Assembly (NCBI GenBank): GCA_963770895.1
Contig: CAVYRF010000001.1
Span: forward strand, 352,001-416,000
DNA: 64,000 bases
Reading direction: 5' to 3'
From: an uncultured Acidobacteriota bacterium
Lineage (GTDB): Bacteria > Acidobacteriota > Thermoanaerobaculia > Multivoradales > UBA5704
Made by a program: the position numbers and the translations under genes. Every line of letters begins with the position of its first letter. Within the stretch, counting starts at the first letter, position 1. The notes under the pieces are model-generated. The model saw only the letters and a program-made list of their open reading frames with translations, ran no database searches and was not told where the DNA came from. Below, in pieces: positions 42,001 through 50,306 of this stretch.

Positions 42001-45000
42001 GGCCGCACCGTCGCCGTGCGCGCCGTCGTCGTACAGCGAAAACGTCTGCGCCGCCCCGCCGGCTACGGGCGTCAGCGTCACCGTGAGCACCGCTCCCGTC
42101 ATGGCCGTGCCGTTCTCGTCGAGCGTGGCGCTGACGTTGAGCGTATCCCCGACGAGGTACGACAACGCTGCAACGTTCACCCGCAAGCGGATCGGGGATC
42201 GCATGGCGACCGTCGCCGTCCAGGATGCTCCTGCGGGCGAGACATTGGGTCCCGTGCCGCCGTTGGCCGCGGCAACGTTGAGCGTCCATATTCCTGGTAC
42301 TGGTTGGTGAAGTATCAGCGTCTGGCGATTTTGTGTTGCCGACGATGTGACCTGATACTGGCTCGCCAGATTGTCCACCGAAAGCGCTGAATAGACGGTT
42401 CCGTTCGGATCCGCCACCGTCACCAGCGGATCGGCACCGTCGGTCAGGACGCTGAGCGTCAAGTCTGTCGCCCCATCCACCATCACTGGCACGGATGCCG
42501 ACGGCGTCGCCGCCGTCAAGGAACCGCCGAAAGTGGACGCGGGCCGCAGGTCGAAGGCCGGAGAAAGGGTTGCGTCGCGGCTGACGGATGAGGTCCCGGC
42601 GATACGATCGCGGCCGGCGCCGGCCTGGCAGACCGTGTTGTCGATCTCGGTGCAAAGCGTTGGCTTCACGGCGCCGTCGTACAGGGCCGCCCAGACCGCC
42701 GGATTGGCGATGACTTTGGAGTGCAGGACCGAATTGCTCTGCGGGGTCAACTGCAGAATCGCCAGGAGCAGGTCGACGATCTCCGACGGCGCCAGGCTGG
42801 GGAGAATGGAGACAACTTGCGCCGGCTGGACGTTGCCGCCCTGCTCGATCAACAGATCGGCCTGGTCGCCGGCTCCCGGCAACCACTCCTGGCTGGCCAG
42901 GTCGACGACGTCGTCGGACCCGCTGAAGGTCGTCGTCACCTGAGCGCTCGCGGTCACGCTCGCCGAAAGCGACAGGCTCGGAGCTGGCAGGTCGACGACG
43001 GTGTATTGCCGCTGGGTGCCGATTGGATAGATCCGCGTTGCCGGGCTGTTCCTCGGCGGGTACTTTTGATTGAAGATGCTTGCCTGCGCGGCATGGAAAT
43101 TGGGCAATGCGGCGTCCTGCCACCAGGTCGAGGGCAGGCAGGAGGCGACGTTGCCGGACTCGATCGTCAGCGCCTCTGCCTCGGGATGGAGGTACCACTG
43201 ATCGAATGCCAGCTCAAACGGCTGCGCTCCCAGATGAGGAGTGTCAAGGGTGAGGATCGCACCGACATTCTGCGGGCAGGCCAGCGTGCCGCCCGCGCCG
43301 CAAGCCGCATAGGCGCGTGCGATCATGCCGCCATAGCTATGACCGATCAGGATCAGCGACTGCGCGTTCGCCAGGTACGACCGCGTGGAGATATAGCCGG
43401 TGAGCGCTGCCACGTTGTCCTCGACACCTTCCTTGCCATTGAGCGTGTCGACCACGCACACGTGATCGTGGGGCGCGTCCGGTTGCGTGTCGTCGGGGCA
43501 CGAAGTGACCGCGGCAGACGCGCATGACGGCGAGGCGCCAAAAAAATCGTTCTGGATCTGGCATTCGATCTGCGCCACCGGCGGACTCTGGCCGCTGAAC
43601 TGAGAGCTGCGCCAGTACCCGGCGCCGGTGGCGCCTGCACTTGTCGGGGTATCGCACGGCGAGAAGTCGTAGCCCCGCAGCAGCAGCACGAACGGCGTGC
43701 CCACGGTCAGGATCGTGCCGAGCGGCGGGCCCATCCCCTCCGCGTCCGCCGCCTGCACGGAGACGGTATGGCCGCCGTCCGCCAATCCGCTGGTGGAGAC
43801 GATGAAGGTGGCCGAGGTGGCGCCTCCGGCCAGGGTCAGGGTCTGGCAGCTCGCCGAGCCGTCAAGGCAGAGCCTGGCGGCGTTCGCCGGCTTCGAGAAC
43901 GTGGCCACGACCGAGACCGTGCCGGCGCCCGAGGTCGGATTCGGCTGTGGATCGATGGCGGTCACCAGGACCGGGGCGGTGGTCGTGACGGTGATCTGGA
44001 TCGCCAGCGTGGTAGCGCACAGCGCATCGCTCATCTGCACCACGTCGACTCCCGCTGCGCTCCCCGCCGTATACGAAACGCCGGGCCCGGCGGTACCGGC
44101 CAGCGATCCGTTCGCCGGCTGCACCAGCGCCCACTGGTAGGATCCGGAACCGCCATATCCCTGGAGCTGCAGGGTCTGCCCGGCAAGAGCCGGAGGGTTC
44201 TTCGGCGACGCGGACAGCACGACGCCGGTGCAGTCGGTGGCGTTCACCACGACCGTGGCCGCCCCGGACGACGAGCCGCAGGTGCCGGTCAGCTGGAGCG
44301 TGTACATGCCCTGCACGTCGGGAACGAAGCTCGGCGCCGCCGTGGCTGCGCCGCTCAAAGTCGCGTTGGAACCCGGCGGCTTGGTGACGAACGTCCACAG
44401 CAGGGCGGGAGCACAGCCTGTCGAGGTCGCCGAGCCAGCGAGCGTCACGGCGGCCTCCACCTTCACGTTCTGGTTCTGCCCGGCGCTGACCGTCACCGGG
44501 CCGTACAGCTGCACACCACGAAGATAGAAGGTGTCGGTGATGCCATCGGACGGATCGACGTCGCAAGTGCCGTTCGCCGAAAATGGCGTCATCTGGTAGG
44601 TCTGTCCCGCGTGTAAGACGATCTGGTTCGCGCCCGAGAAGGTCTGGGTGATCTCTGTGTAGTTCGGATAGCCGAAGTACGAGCCGGCGCCGTCGCTGGT
44701 CGCCAGCAGCGTCGATCCGTCGCCGCTCCACACCTGGAAGTCGTTCGGCGGAATGCAGCTGCCGTTGCCGCAGATCGCCCAGAAATCCACCGAGGTGATC
44801 TGGAGGTCGATGTCCGGCACCACCGACACGTTGCCGTGACCGCAGTAGCCGCCGTCAAGTGGGCCGACGCTGAAGTCCGCGGCGATTCCGGGCGGGTGGG
44901 CGGCCACCACGAAATCGACGTTGCCCGCGGTGCCAAATTCCTGCCAGGCAGAAGCGTTGCCGCCGGGATCCACGACTCTGGCTTGCCAGTGATACTGCCC

Positions 45001-45801
45001 ATCCGCCAGGTTCCCCGAAGCCACACTCGCCACCGTTCCCGCGGGCACGAACCCGCTCGTCAGATTGGCCTTCCCCGTGAACGCCGTAGCGAAGGGCTGG
45101 AGCTCGATCTGCAGCTGTGCCGGGTCCACCTGCGATGCGCTTTCGACGCTGGCCGAGAAAATGACAAACTGCTCGGTGAGGCCCCGCCCCTCCGGGAATG
45201 GCGTTCCATCCGGCTTCTCCTGGACGAGGGAGAAAAAGTAGCTCTGGGGAGGCACGCCATAGATCTCGAAGAACTGGCCGGCGTACTGGCCCTGGTAGCT
45301 GCTTGCGGAAGCGAGCAGCGTGCCGGCGCCCTGTCCGGTTCCCCGCAGCACAAAGCTGTAACCAGTCCCGGGCACCAGGTTGATGCGATTGACTCCTACG
45401 AAGTTGACGCCGAACTCGGTGGTGAACGCGCCGTTGAAAAATTGCAGCTCATTGACGGCCGAGGTCGCGAGGAGTTGACCGGTGTCCTGACGCCGGACCT
45501 CGACGTAGAACTGCGTAGGCTGCGGGTTTTCTGCAAGAGACAGCCAGAGAAATATACTGTCCAGCTGCGCTTCATTCGTGGTGACGACCGTTGAAGTGAT
45601 CGTGCCGTTGAACCAGCCCGCGAGCGTCAGGTCGACGGTCGGTGCGTATCCCAGGCTCCCTTCAGCCATCCCGTCAGGAGTGCCTTGCGTTGCCCAGACT
45701 ACCGATCCAGTCTGCCCCAGGGCACTCCGCCAGGCTGGTGAGCAGAGCAGGCCCATCATCATCAACAACGGCGCCGAGGATCGGAGCAAGCGGTGGATCA
45801 T
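39085..45801 (-). CDS. Giant secreted multidomain surface protein with a lipase-like alpha/beta hydrolase core
   Basis: Signal peptide, Ig/PKD-like domains, GHSYGG + TPHLG + DDVV + H, LYDDGAHGDGAAGDGVY, Asp-rich DSDGDG repeats, an IPT/TIG domain, repeated Cys-containing Ig units and a C-terminal CRIVDTR...DASGYF domain. Confidence 0.85.
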   Translation of the reverse strand: MIHRLLRSSAPLLMMMGLLCSPAWRSALGQTGSVVWATQGTPDGMAEGSLGYAPTVDLTLAGWFNGTITSTVVTTNEAQLDSIFLWLSLAENPQPTQFYVEVRRQDTGQLLATSAVNELQFFNGAFTTEFGVNFVGVNRINLVPGTGYSFVLRGTGQGAGTLLASASSYQGQYAGQFFEIYGVPPQSYFFSLVQEKPDGTPFPEGRGLTEQFVIFSASVESASQVDPAQLQIELQPFATAFTGKANLTSGFVPAGTVASVASGNLADGQYHWQARVVDPGGNASAWQEFGTAGNVDFVVAAHPPGIAADFSVGPLDGGYCGHGNVSVVPDIDLQITSVDFWAICGNGSCIPPNDFQVWSGDGSTLLATSDGAGSYFGYPNYTEITQTFSGANQIVLHAGQTYQMTPFSANGTCDVDPSDGITDTFYLRGVQLYGPVTVSAGQNQNVKVEAAVTLAGSATSTGCAPALLWTFVTKPPGSNATLSGAATAAPSFVPDVQGMYTLQLTGTCGSSSGAATVVVNATDCTGVVLSASPKNPPALAGQTLQLQGYGGSGSYQWALVQPANGSLAGTAGPGVSYTAGSAAGVDVVQMSDALCATTLAIQITVTTTAPVLVTAIDPQPNPTSGAGTVSVVATFSKPANAARLCLDGSASCQTLTLAGGATSATFIVSTSGLADGGHTVSVQAADAEGMGPPLGTILTVGTPFVLLLRGYDFSPCDTPTSAGATGAGYWRSSQFSGQSPPVAQIECQIQNDFFGASPSCASAAVTSCPDDTQPDAPHDHVCVVDTLNGKEGVEDNVAALTGYISTRSYLANAQSLILIGHSYGGMIARAYAACGAGGTLACPQNVGAILTLDTPHLGAQPFELAFDQWYLHPEAEALTIESGNVASCLPSTWWQDAALPNFHAAQASIFNQKYPPRNSPATRIYPIGTQRQYTVVDLPAPSLSLSASVTASAQVTTTFSGSDDVVDLASQEWLPGAGDQADLLIEQGGNVQPAQVVSILPSLAPSEIVDLLLAILQLTPQSNSVLHSKVIANPAVWAALYDGAVKPTLCTEIDNTVCQAGAGRDRIAGTSSVSRDATLSPAFDLRPASTFGGSLTAATPSASVPVMVDGATDLTLSVLTDGADPLVTVADPNGTVYSALSVDNLASQYQVTSSATQNRQTLILHQPVPGIWTLNVAAANGGTGPNVSPAGASWTATVAMRSPIRLRVNVAALSYLVGDTLNVSATLDENGTAMTGAVLTVTLTPVAGGAAQTFSLYDDGAHGDGAAGDGVYGGSTTLGAPGAFVLAVTAAGSSDLGQYQRYQSGTIAVGTPQVVLDGGFTESAPDVNGNGLFDSVNWSFTVDVPGAGHYVAFGDLAAPDGTVVASAETAIDPTGSGPQPLTLVFSGQQLYHGGRPGPYSLQNLRVTMETAAGPQLAGRFSPTVVTTGPYWSWLVFESDASPGFTWISPVTITATSASSFILAWSLADGNGATTIDLFYDQLGNGFNGVPIVAGLGGVNGPTSYTWDMSALADGTYHVYALVSNGAASQAVYGGSVQKVTDSDGDGMPDAWETAHGLNPNDAGDAYMDPDGDGLSNVEEYRHGTDPHVADSDGGGESDGSEVDNGRDPTNASDDVRGVSITAVAPGIGDSRGGDQVMLLGSGFKAGATVTFGGAPAARVIFVSSSRLFAITPPNGTGQVDVTVNNPGGAGAATLSGAFGFLCEFVEPPTVSSNAPLCPGQSLQLSATGLAGATYSWSGPNGFSSNLQNPTLPQATTAASGVYTVTLQAGSCSLAATATVVVSAPAGPAPANSGPACAGQNVQLSAADIANATYQWTGPGGYTSSAQNPLLAAAPATASGAYSVTATVNGCVSQATTTNVVVRSLPTAAVSGSAQICAGASSTVQAALTGAAPWAVNWSDGVSEPATAASPASRVVQPASTTTYTVTSVSDSYCTGTASGAAVITVNTTAPPTAGNNGPACAGQDVQLTAGAVAGATSYSWQGPGGFSSSSQNPLLTGAQPGASGTYRVTTTVGGCSSQPATTKVLVRSLPTALVSGSQQICPSGQASIQAALTGEAPWRVTWSDGNVQTGIGASPDDRAVMPGTATSYSIATVSDAFCQGTASGSAVITVGGRCNTSFHTLEPCRIVDTRGTAGAYGGPALQGGEARSFTLAGQCGIPASAKAVALNITIVGATAPGYLSVYPAGDVVSTSTMNFAPGQIRANNAICALGPAGAVTVLFGQTSVASVHLLLDASGYFE

Positions 45802-46197
45802 CGAAAGATTACCTCGCTGGGGCGGCACAATGGTCCAGAAAAAGGCACCTGCCCCGATAAACCTGCCGATCACCTGTCTGTCAGACTTTGTAGTTTATGC
45901 TAGAACACCGACAGCTTAAGAGTCAACGGGAATTGGGGGCGATATCCGCCGCTCACAGGCTGGAGCGAAGTGCCATGGCGAATGCGCGCAGCATCGGGCG
46001 GCGCTGGTTGGTGGGCGCTGTGACGTTGGCGGCGGCGCTCGTCGCCTGGGGGGCTCTCCCGATTGGTGCAACGCGGGCGGCGGCCGGTCGATCCGGAGTC
46101 GTTGTTTCGCATCGCCAGCTGCCGTGCGGCAGTGGCCCGGCTGAGCTATGATTCAAGTCGGTTCTGTCGCGGCACTGGCTGCCGCTAGGGCGCATCT

Positions 46198-46554
46198 GTG
46201 ACTCAAGCCATGCGAGCTAAGATCCCTCTATCCCCGGCGCGTTCGGAGCCTCCTCCCGAACTCGGCGGCGGCGATGGCGGCCTTGACGCCCTGCCGGGGG
46301 GCGACTTGGTGGCGGCGGGTATCCTGGACCTGGCGCGCGGTGCCGAAACCGCTGCTGCTCTCCTGGTATCGATCGGCGCCGAGCGTCTCCGCCGCAGCGG
46401 GCTTGTCGTGCCGGAGCCGGTTTTCCAGTCGCCGGAGCGGCGCCTCTACGATCGCCTGGCTAATGAGGATTCCGACAGCGCTCACTCCCGTTACAACGCC
46501 CTGATCCGCCGCCTGGTGAGCTGCGAGCGCGCGCTCGAATGCGCCAGGCGCTAG
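46198..46554 (+). CDS. Small hypothetical protein coupled to the nucleotidyltransferase
   Basis: LPGGDLV...AHSRYNALIRRLVS. Overlaps the next gene by 16 bp. Confidence 0.65.
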   Translation: MTQAMRAKIPLSPARSEPPPELGGGDGGLDALPGGDLVAAGILDLARGAETAAALLVSIGAERLRRSGLVVPEPVFQSPERRLYDRLANEDSDSAHSRYNALIRRLVSCERALECARR

Positions 46555-47072
46555 ATCGCGATCGCCTGCTGAGCTTCCTGCGCTGCCTGGGCGCTGAGGC
46601 AAAGGAGGAGACCCGCCTTTACATCACCGGCGGCGGCACCGCCGTGTTGCTCGGCTGGCGCGCCAGCACGATCGACCTCGACATCAAGATCGAGCCCGAT
46701 AGCGACCGCCTGCTCCGCGCCATCCCTGCTCTCAAGGAGCGCCTGAACGTCAACGTCGAGCTGGCGGCACCGGACGACTTCATCCCCGAGCTGCCCGGCT
46801 GGCGAGAGCGCAGTCCCTGGATCGGCCGTGAGGGCCAGCTCTCCATCCGTCATTACGACCTGGTTGCCCAGGCCCTGTCGAAGATCGAGCGCGGCCACGC
46901 GCAAGACCTGCGGGACGTGCGGGAGATGCTGGCGCGAGCCCTGATTCATCGTCAGGAGCTGTCGGACGGCTTCGAGCAGATCGAGCGGCAGCTCTACCGC
47001 TATCCATCGATCGATCCAGAGTCGTTTCGCAGGGCAGTGACAGCAGCTGCCGCCGAGGACGATCGAACCTGA
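46539..47072 (+). CDS. Nucleotidyltransferase-fold protein (DUF6036/AbiEii-like)
   Basis: YITGGGTAVL...STIDLD (GG...DxD) and C-terminal KIERG..QDLRD. Confidence 0.75.
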   Translation: MRQALDRDRLLSFLRCLGAEAKEETRLYITGGGTAVLLGWRASTIDLDIKIEPDSDRLLRAIPALKERLNVNVELAAPDDFIPELPGWRERSPWIGREGQLSIRHYDLVAQALSKIERGHAQDLRDVREMLARALIHRQELSDGFEQIERQLYRYPSIDPESFRRAVTAAAAEDDRT

Positions 47073-47107
47073 TGCCCGCGCCGACGACCTGCTCCTCGTG
47101 AGATCGG

Positions 47108-47135
47108 CCGCACCCGCACCCGCACCCGCACCCGC
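47108..47135. repeat. (CCGCAC)4 microsatellite, intergenic
   Basis: Read directly. Confidence 0.85.
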
Positions 47136-47165
47136 GCACCACGCAGCCGCTCCAGGTTACGCGGC

Positions 47166-47741
47166 CTAATCCACAGCCGCGCTCGCCGTGACGATGGCTG
47201 CCGCCATGGCGAGCCTGTGATCGCTGTTCCAGGGCGGCCCGATGGCCTTGCGCAGCTGGAGGAAGTGAGCGTCGAGGTTGTCCACGCGCAACGCCTGGCT
47301 CGCCGCACCCAGCACGCTCTTGGGGTCGTACCAGTGGACGGGCAAACCCAGTGCCTGGGCCGCGGCGGCCAAGGCGTTGCGGTACATCACCCAGTCGGCG
47401 ACGTTTTGCGCGCGGTAGTCTTTGATTCGCTCGGCGATCGTGGGTGGCAGCGGTTGGCGCTGGCGAAGGGCGACACCCAGGATGCGCGGCACTGCCATCG
47501 CGACGGCTTCAAAGGCGAGTACCGCGTGCCTCTCTGCCGACGCGCGCACGCGTTCGACCAGCTCCACGGCCTGGTCGAGCGCCAGCCGTTGGCCTTCGGA
47601 ATGGTGCGGCAGCCTCGGCAGGTCCGCGTCCACCAGCTCCACTCGGCGGCGGTCGAGGAGCGTCCCCTCGCTCGCCGCGGTCACCAGCACCGCCCACCCG
47701 CCGTGATCCGAGACCCCGATGATGCCGCCGCTCTTCGACAT
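47166..47741 (-). CDS. Hypothetical protein
   Basis: Protein-like composition (IIGVSDHGGWAVLVT, LLDRRRVELVD, GPPW) with a GAGGG RBS. Confidence 0.65.
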   Translation of the reverse strand: MSKSGGIIGVSDHGGWAVLVTAASEGTLLDRRRVELVDADLPRLPHHSEGQRLALDQAVELVERVRASAERHAVLAFEAVAMAVPRILGVALRQRQPLPPTIAERIKDYRAQNVADWVMYRNALAAAAQALGLPVHWYDPKSVLGAASQALRVDNLDAHFLQLRKAIGPPWNSDHRLAMAAAIVTASAAVD

Positions 47742-47964
47742 GATGTTCCCTCACACCTGGCTTCGGCCGCCCGCCCCGATCCCAGCTCACCGGCCGGGGC
47801 CGCTGTCGCGGAAGATATGGCTGAGCGTAGCGCACCATGGGCCTTCCCGGACGCCCCAGTGCGATCCCTGCGTGCGACGATCTGCGGATGTCACTGGGGC
47901 CGGGCGCATTGCGTATCCCCAGGTGAAAGAATGGCGGCGTCACTTACCGATCGGGGGATGCGCG

Positions 47965-48330
47965 ATGCGAATGCGGGGCACGGCTTGGGTCGTGGGGTTG
48001 GTGCTGGCGCTGGCCGTGGCTGGTTGCGGCCACGGCGGGCCGACGGAACCGGCGAACACCGGCCAGCTGCTGGTCAAGGATTCCGGCTGCGCTTGCAGCA
48101 AGGGGCCGTTTCCTCCCATCCCGATCTATATCGACGGGGCGCAGGCGGGCAACCTGCCGGTGTTCGGCCAGGTGTCGTTCACGCTGGCGCCGGGAACGCA
48201 CACCTGGGCCTACAGCAGTCCGGCCATCGCAACGCCGGTCAACATCGTCGCCGGCGCCACGGTCACCGAGAACGTCTATTCGGTGATCGACTGCGACCAG
48301 GGCCAATGCCCCGATCCGGGCGACAGTTGA
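47965..48330 (+). CDS. Small lipoprotein
   Basis: Lipobox AVAGC after a hydrophobic stretch, then a PEGA-like beta domain. Confidence 0.7.
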   Translation: MRMRGTAWVVGLVLALAVAGCGHGGPTEPANTGQLLVKDSGCACSKGPFPPIPIYIDGAQAGNLPVFGQVSFTLAPGTHTWAYSSPAIATPVNIVAGATVTENVYSVIDCDQGQCPDPGDS

Positions 48331-48357
48331 GCCCGCTCCGCGGCCGGCGAGCGCGTT

Positions 48358-50286
48358 TCAGCGGCCGGCGGCGATGGCGTAGGGGGACGCTTTGGTGGCC
48401 TGTTCGTCGTAGACCAGAGGCAGGCGCGCGCGCAGCGGCTGGGGGAACTTGGCCCAGACGTCCAGGGGAAGGACGAGCCGCAGGCCCGGGCTGGTGTCGA
48501 GGCGCCGGCTCAGCTCCGCCGGGTCGGCCACGGCGTCCACCTGGCGGGCCAGGTCGAATTGGACGATCCCCTGCAGGGTTTCGCTCGGCCGGTAGGAGAC
48601 GACGGGACGCGTGCCCGGATCCAGGCGGGCGATGGCCGCAGTCAGGTCGTGCGGGTTCTTGAGGGGGTCGATGGCGGCCTTGATGGCCGTGTGGTAGACC
48701 AGGACCAGGGCCAGGTAGGGGAGCACCAGCCAGGCACCGCTCGGCGTGGTGGCGGCGCGCAGGTGGCGGATGCAACGCAGCCACAGCAGCGCGGTCCATG
48801 CGAGCGCGATCACGGCTGCGGTCGCCAGGAGTCCGCCCGTCAGCTGGGCCGCCAGGGGCGCCGCGGGGAAGGACCGGAACGCTCCGCGGCTGGCCTGCCA
48901 GGCGGCGATCCACAGGACGGGCGGCAGCAACCCGGCCAAGGCGAGCAGCGACAGGGCGGTCGGCCGATCCCACCGGGCACGCCGCCCGCCCGGTCCCTCG
49001 CCCTCCCCCGGTTCCGTGCTCTGGCCCGATCCCAGGCGGTCGAGCCACAGCCCGATCGGTACGGCCAGAGCGGGCAACAGCGGGACCAGGTAGACCGTGC
49101 GCTTGCTGGCAGCGATCGACAGCAGCAGGGTGCCCAGGAAGAAGCAGGCTAGCAGCAGGCGGCGCGGGGCGGCAGCCCAGGCCGGCGCCTCGCCGCTGTC
49201 GCCGCGGAGCACCGCGGGCAGCGCCAGGCTCCAGGGCAGCAGGACGGCGATGCCGGCCGGCAGGTAGTACCAGAAGGGGAGCCGATGGCCGTAGACGACG
49301 CCTGCCTTGGTGGGCAGGAGGCGGCCGATGGTGTTGCCGACCAGGCATTCGCGCAACGCTCCCCAGCCGGCGGCGTGCACCAGGGCGATCGCCCACGGCA
49401 GGGCAAACGCCGCAAACACGGGCATGCCGACCAGCAACACCGGCGCGAGCAGGCGCAGGGTTTCGCTCCAGGTGCGCCGATCCGTGTCCCCAGCTGCGGC
49501 CCCGGCAGCGCTGGCGGCTGCTTGGTCTCGCGCCGCGCGGCCCGTCCTGGACCTGCCGAAACCCGCCCCCGTCGCCAGCAGCCAGGCGACCGGCGGACCC
49601 GCGGCCAGGCCGAGCCCCACCATCCCCTTGGCCATGAAGGCCAGCGACACGGCGACGACGACCAGCAGAGTTGCGCCCCAGCTGCCCACCGCACCCCGGG
49701 CGCCCGACCGCGCCTGGCCGGCGCCGGGGGAGGGGAGGGTGCCGCTGCGGCCGCCAACGGCGGCGGCGCGGCGGCGGCCGTCCGCGGCGAGCAGGAGGGC
49801 GAAGCCGGCGTAGGCGAGGGTGACCGTGAGGACCAGCGGCGGATCGACGATGGCGCGGCGCATGTCTTCGCCGAATTCGGCCATCGAGGCCAGCGCTCCG
49901 GCGGCCAGCCAGCCGGCGCTGGCGCGATCTGTCAGCCAGCGGGCCAGCAGGAAGGTTGCCAGCAGGGTGAGGGTGGCGCAGGCCGCCGACGGCACGCGCG
50001 CCACGGTGTCGGAGACTCCGAAGGTGCGGTAGGCGGCCGCCTGCAGCCACCAGGTGAGCGGCGGTTTTTCGAGGAAGGGCTGGCCGTTCAGGCGCGGGAC
50101 CACCCAGTCGTGGGTGACCAGCATGGTCTTGCCGAACACCGCGTCGCGCGGCTCGTCGGGGGTCCAGAGCGTGTGCGACCCGATGCCGGCGAACGACACC
50201 ACCGCAGCGACCAGGGTGACCCAGGCCAGCTCTACCAGTCTGCCGCGTCCGGCGCGCGGCGTCGCCGCAGGTGCCTCGTGGTTCAA
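48358..50286 (-). CDS. ArnT/PMT_2 (GT-C) glycosyltransferase
   Basis: LWTPDEPR, WVVPRLNGQPFLEKPPL, MAKG and SKRTVYLVPLLP, with many TMs. Start approximate. Confidence 0.85.
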   Translation of the reverse strand: MNHEAPAATPRAGRGRLVELAWVTLVAAVVSFAGIGSHTLWTPDEPRDAVFGKTMLVTHDWVVPRLNGQPFLEKPPLTWWLQAAAYRTFGVSDTVARVPSAACATLTLLATFLLARWLTDRASAGWLAAGALASMAEFGEDMRRAIVDPPLVLTVTLAYAGFALLLAADGRRRAAAVGGRSGTLPSPGAGQARSGARGAVGSWGATLLVVVAVSLAFMAKGMVGLGLAAGPPVAWLLATGAGFGRSRTGRAARDQAAASAAGAAAGDTDRRTWSETLRLLAPVLLVGMPVFAAFALPWAIALVHAAGWGALRECLVGNTIGRLLPTKAGVVYGHRLPFWYYLPAGIAVLLPWSLALPAVLRGDSGEAPAWAAAPRRLLLACFFLGTLLLSIAASKRTVYLVPLLPALAVPIGLWLDRLGSGQSTEPGEGEGPGGRRARWDRPTALSLLALAGLLPPVLWIAAWQASRGAFRSFPAAPLAAQLTGGLLATAAVIALAWTALLWLRCIRHLRAATTPSGAWLVLPYLALVLVYHTAIKAAIDPLKNPHDLTAAIARLDPGTRPVVSYRPSETLQGIVQFDLARQVDAVADPAELSRRLDTSPGLRLVLPLDVWAKFPQPLRARLPLVYDEQATKASPYAIAAGR

Positions 50287-50306
50287 GTGGCTGGTCCTTT
50301 CAGGGA

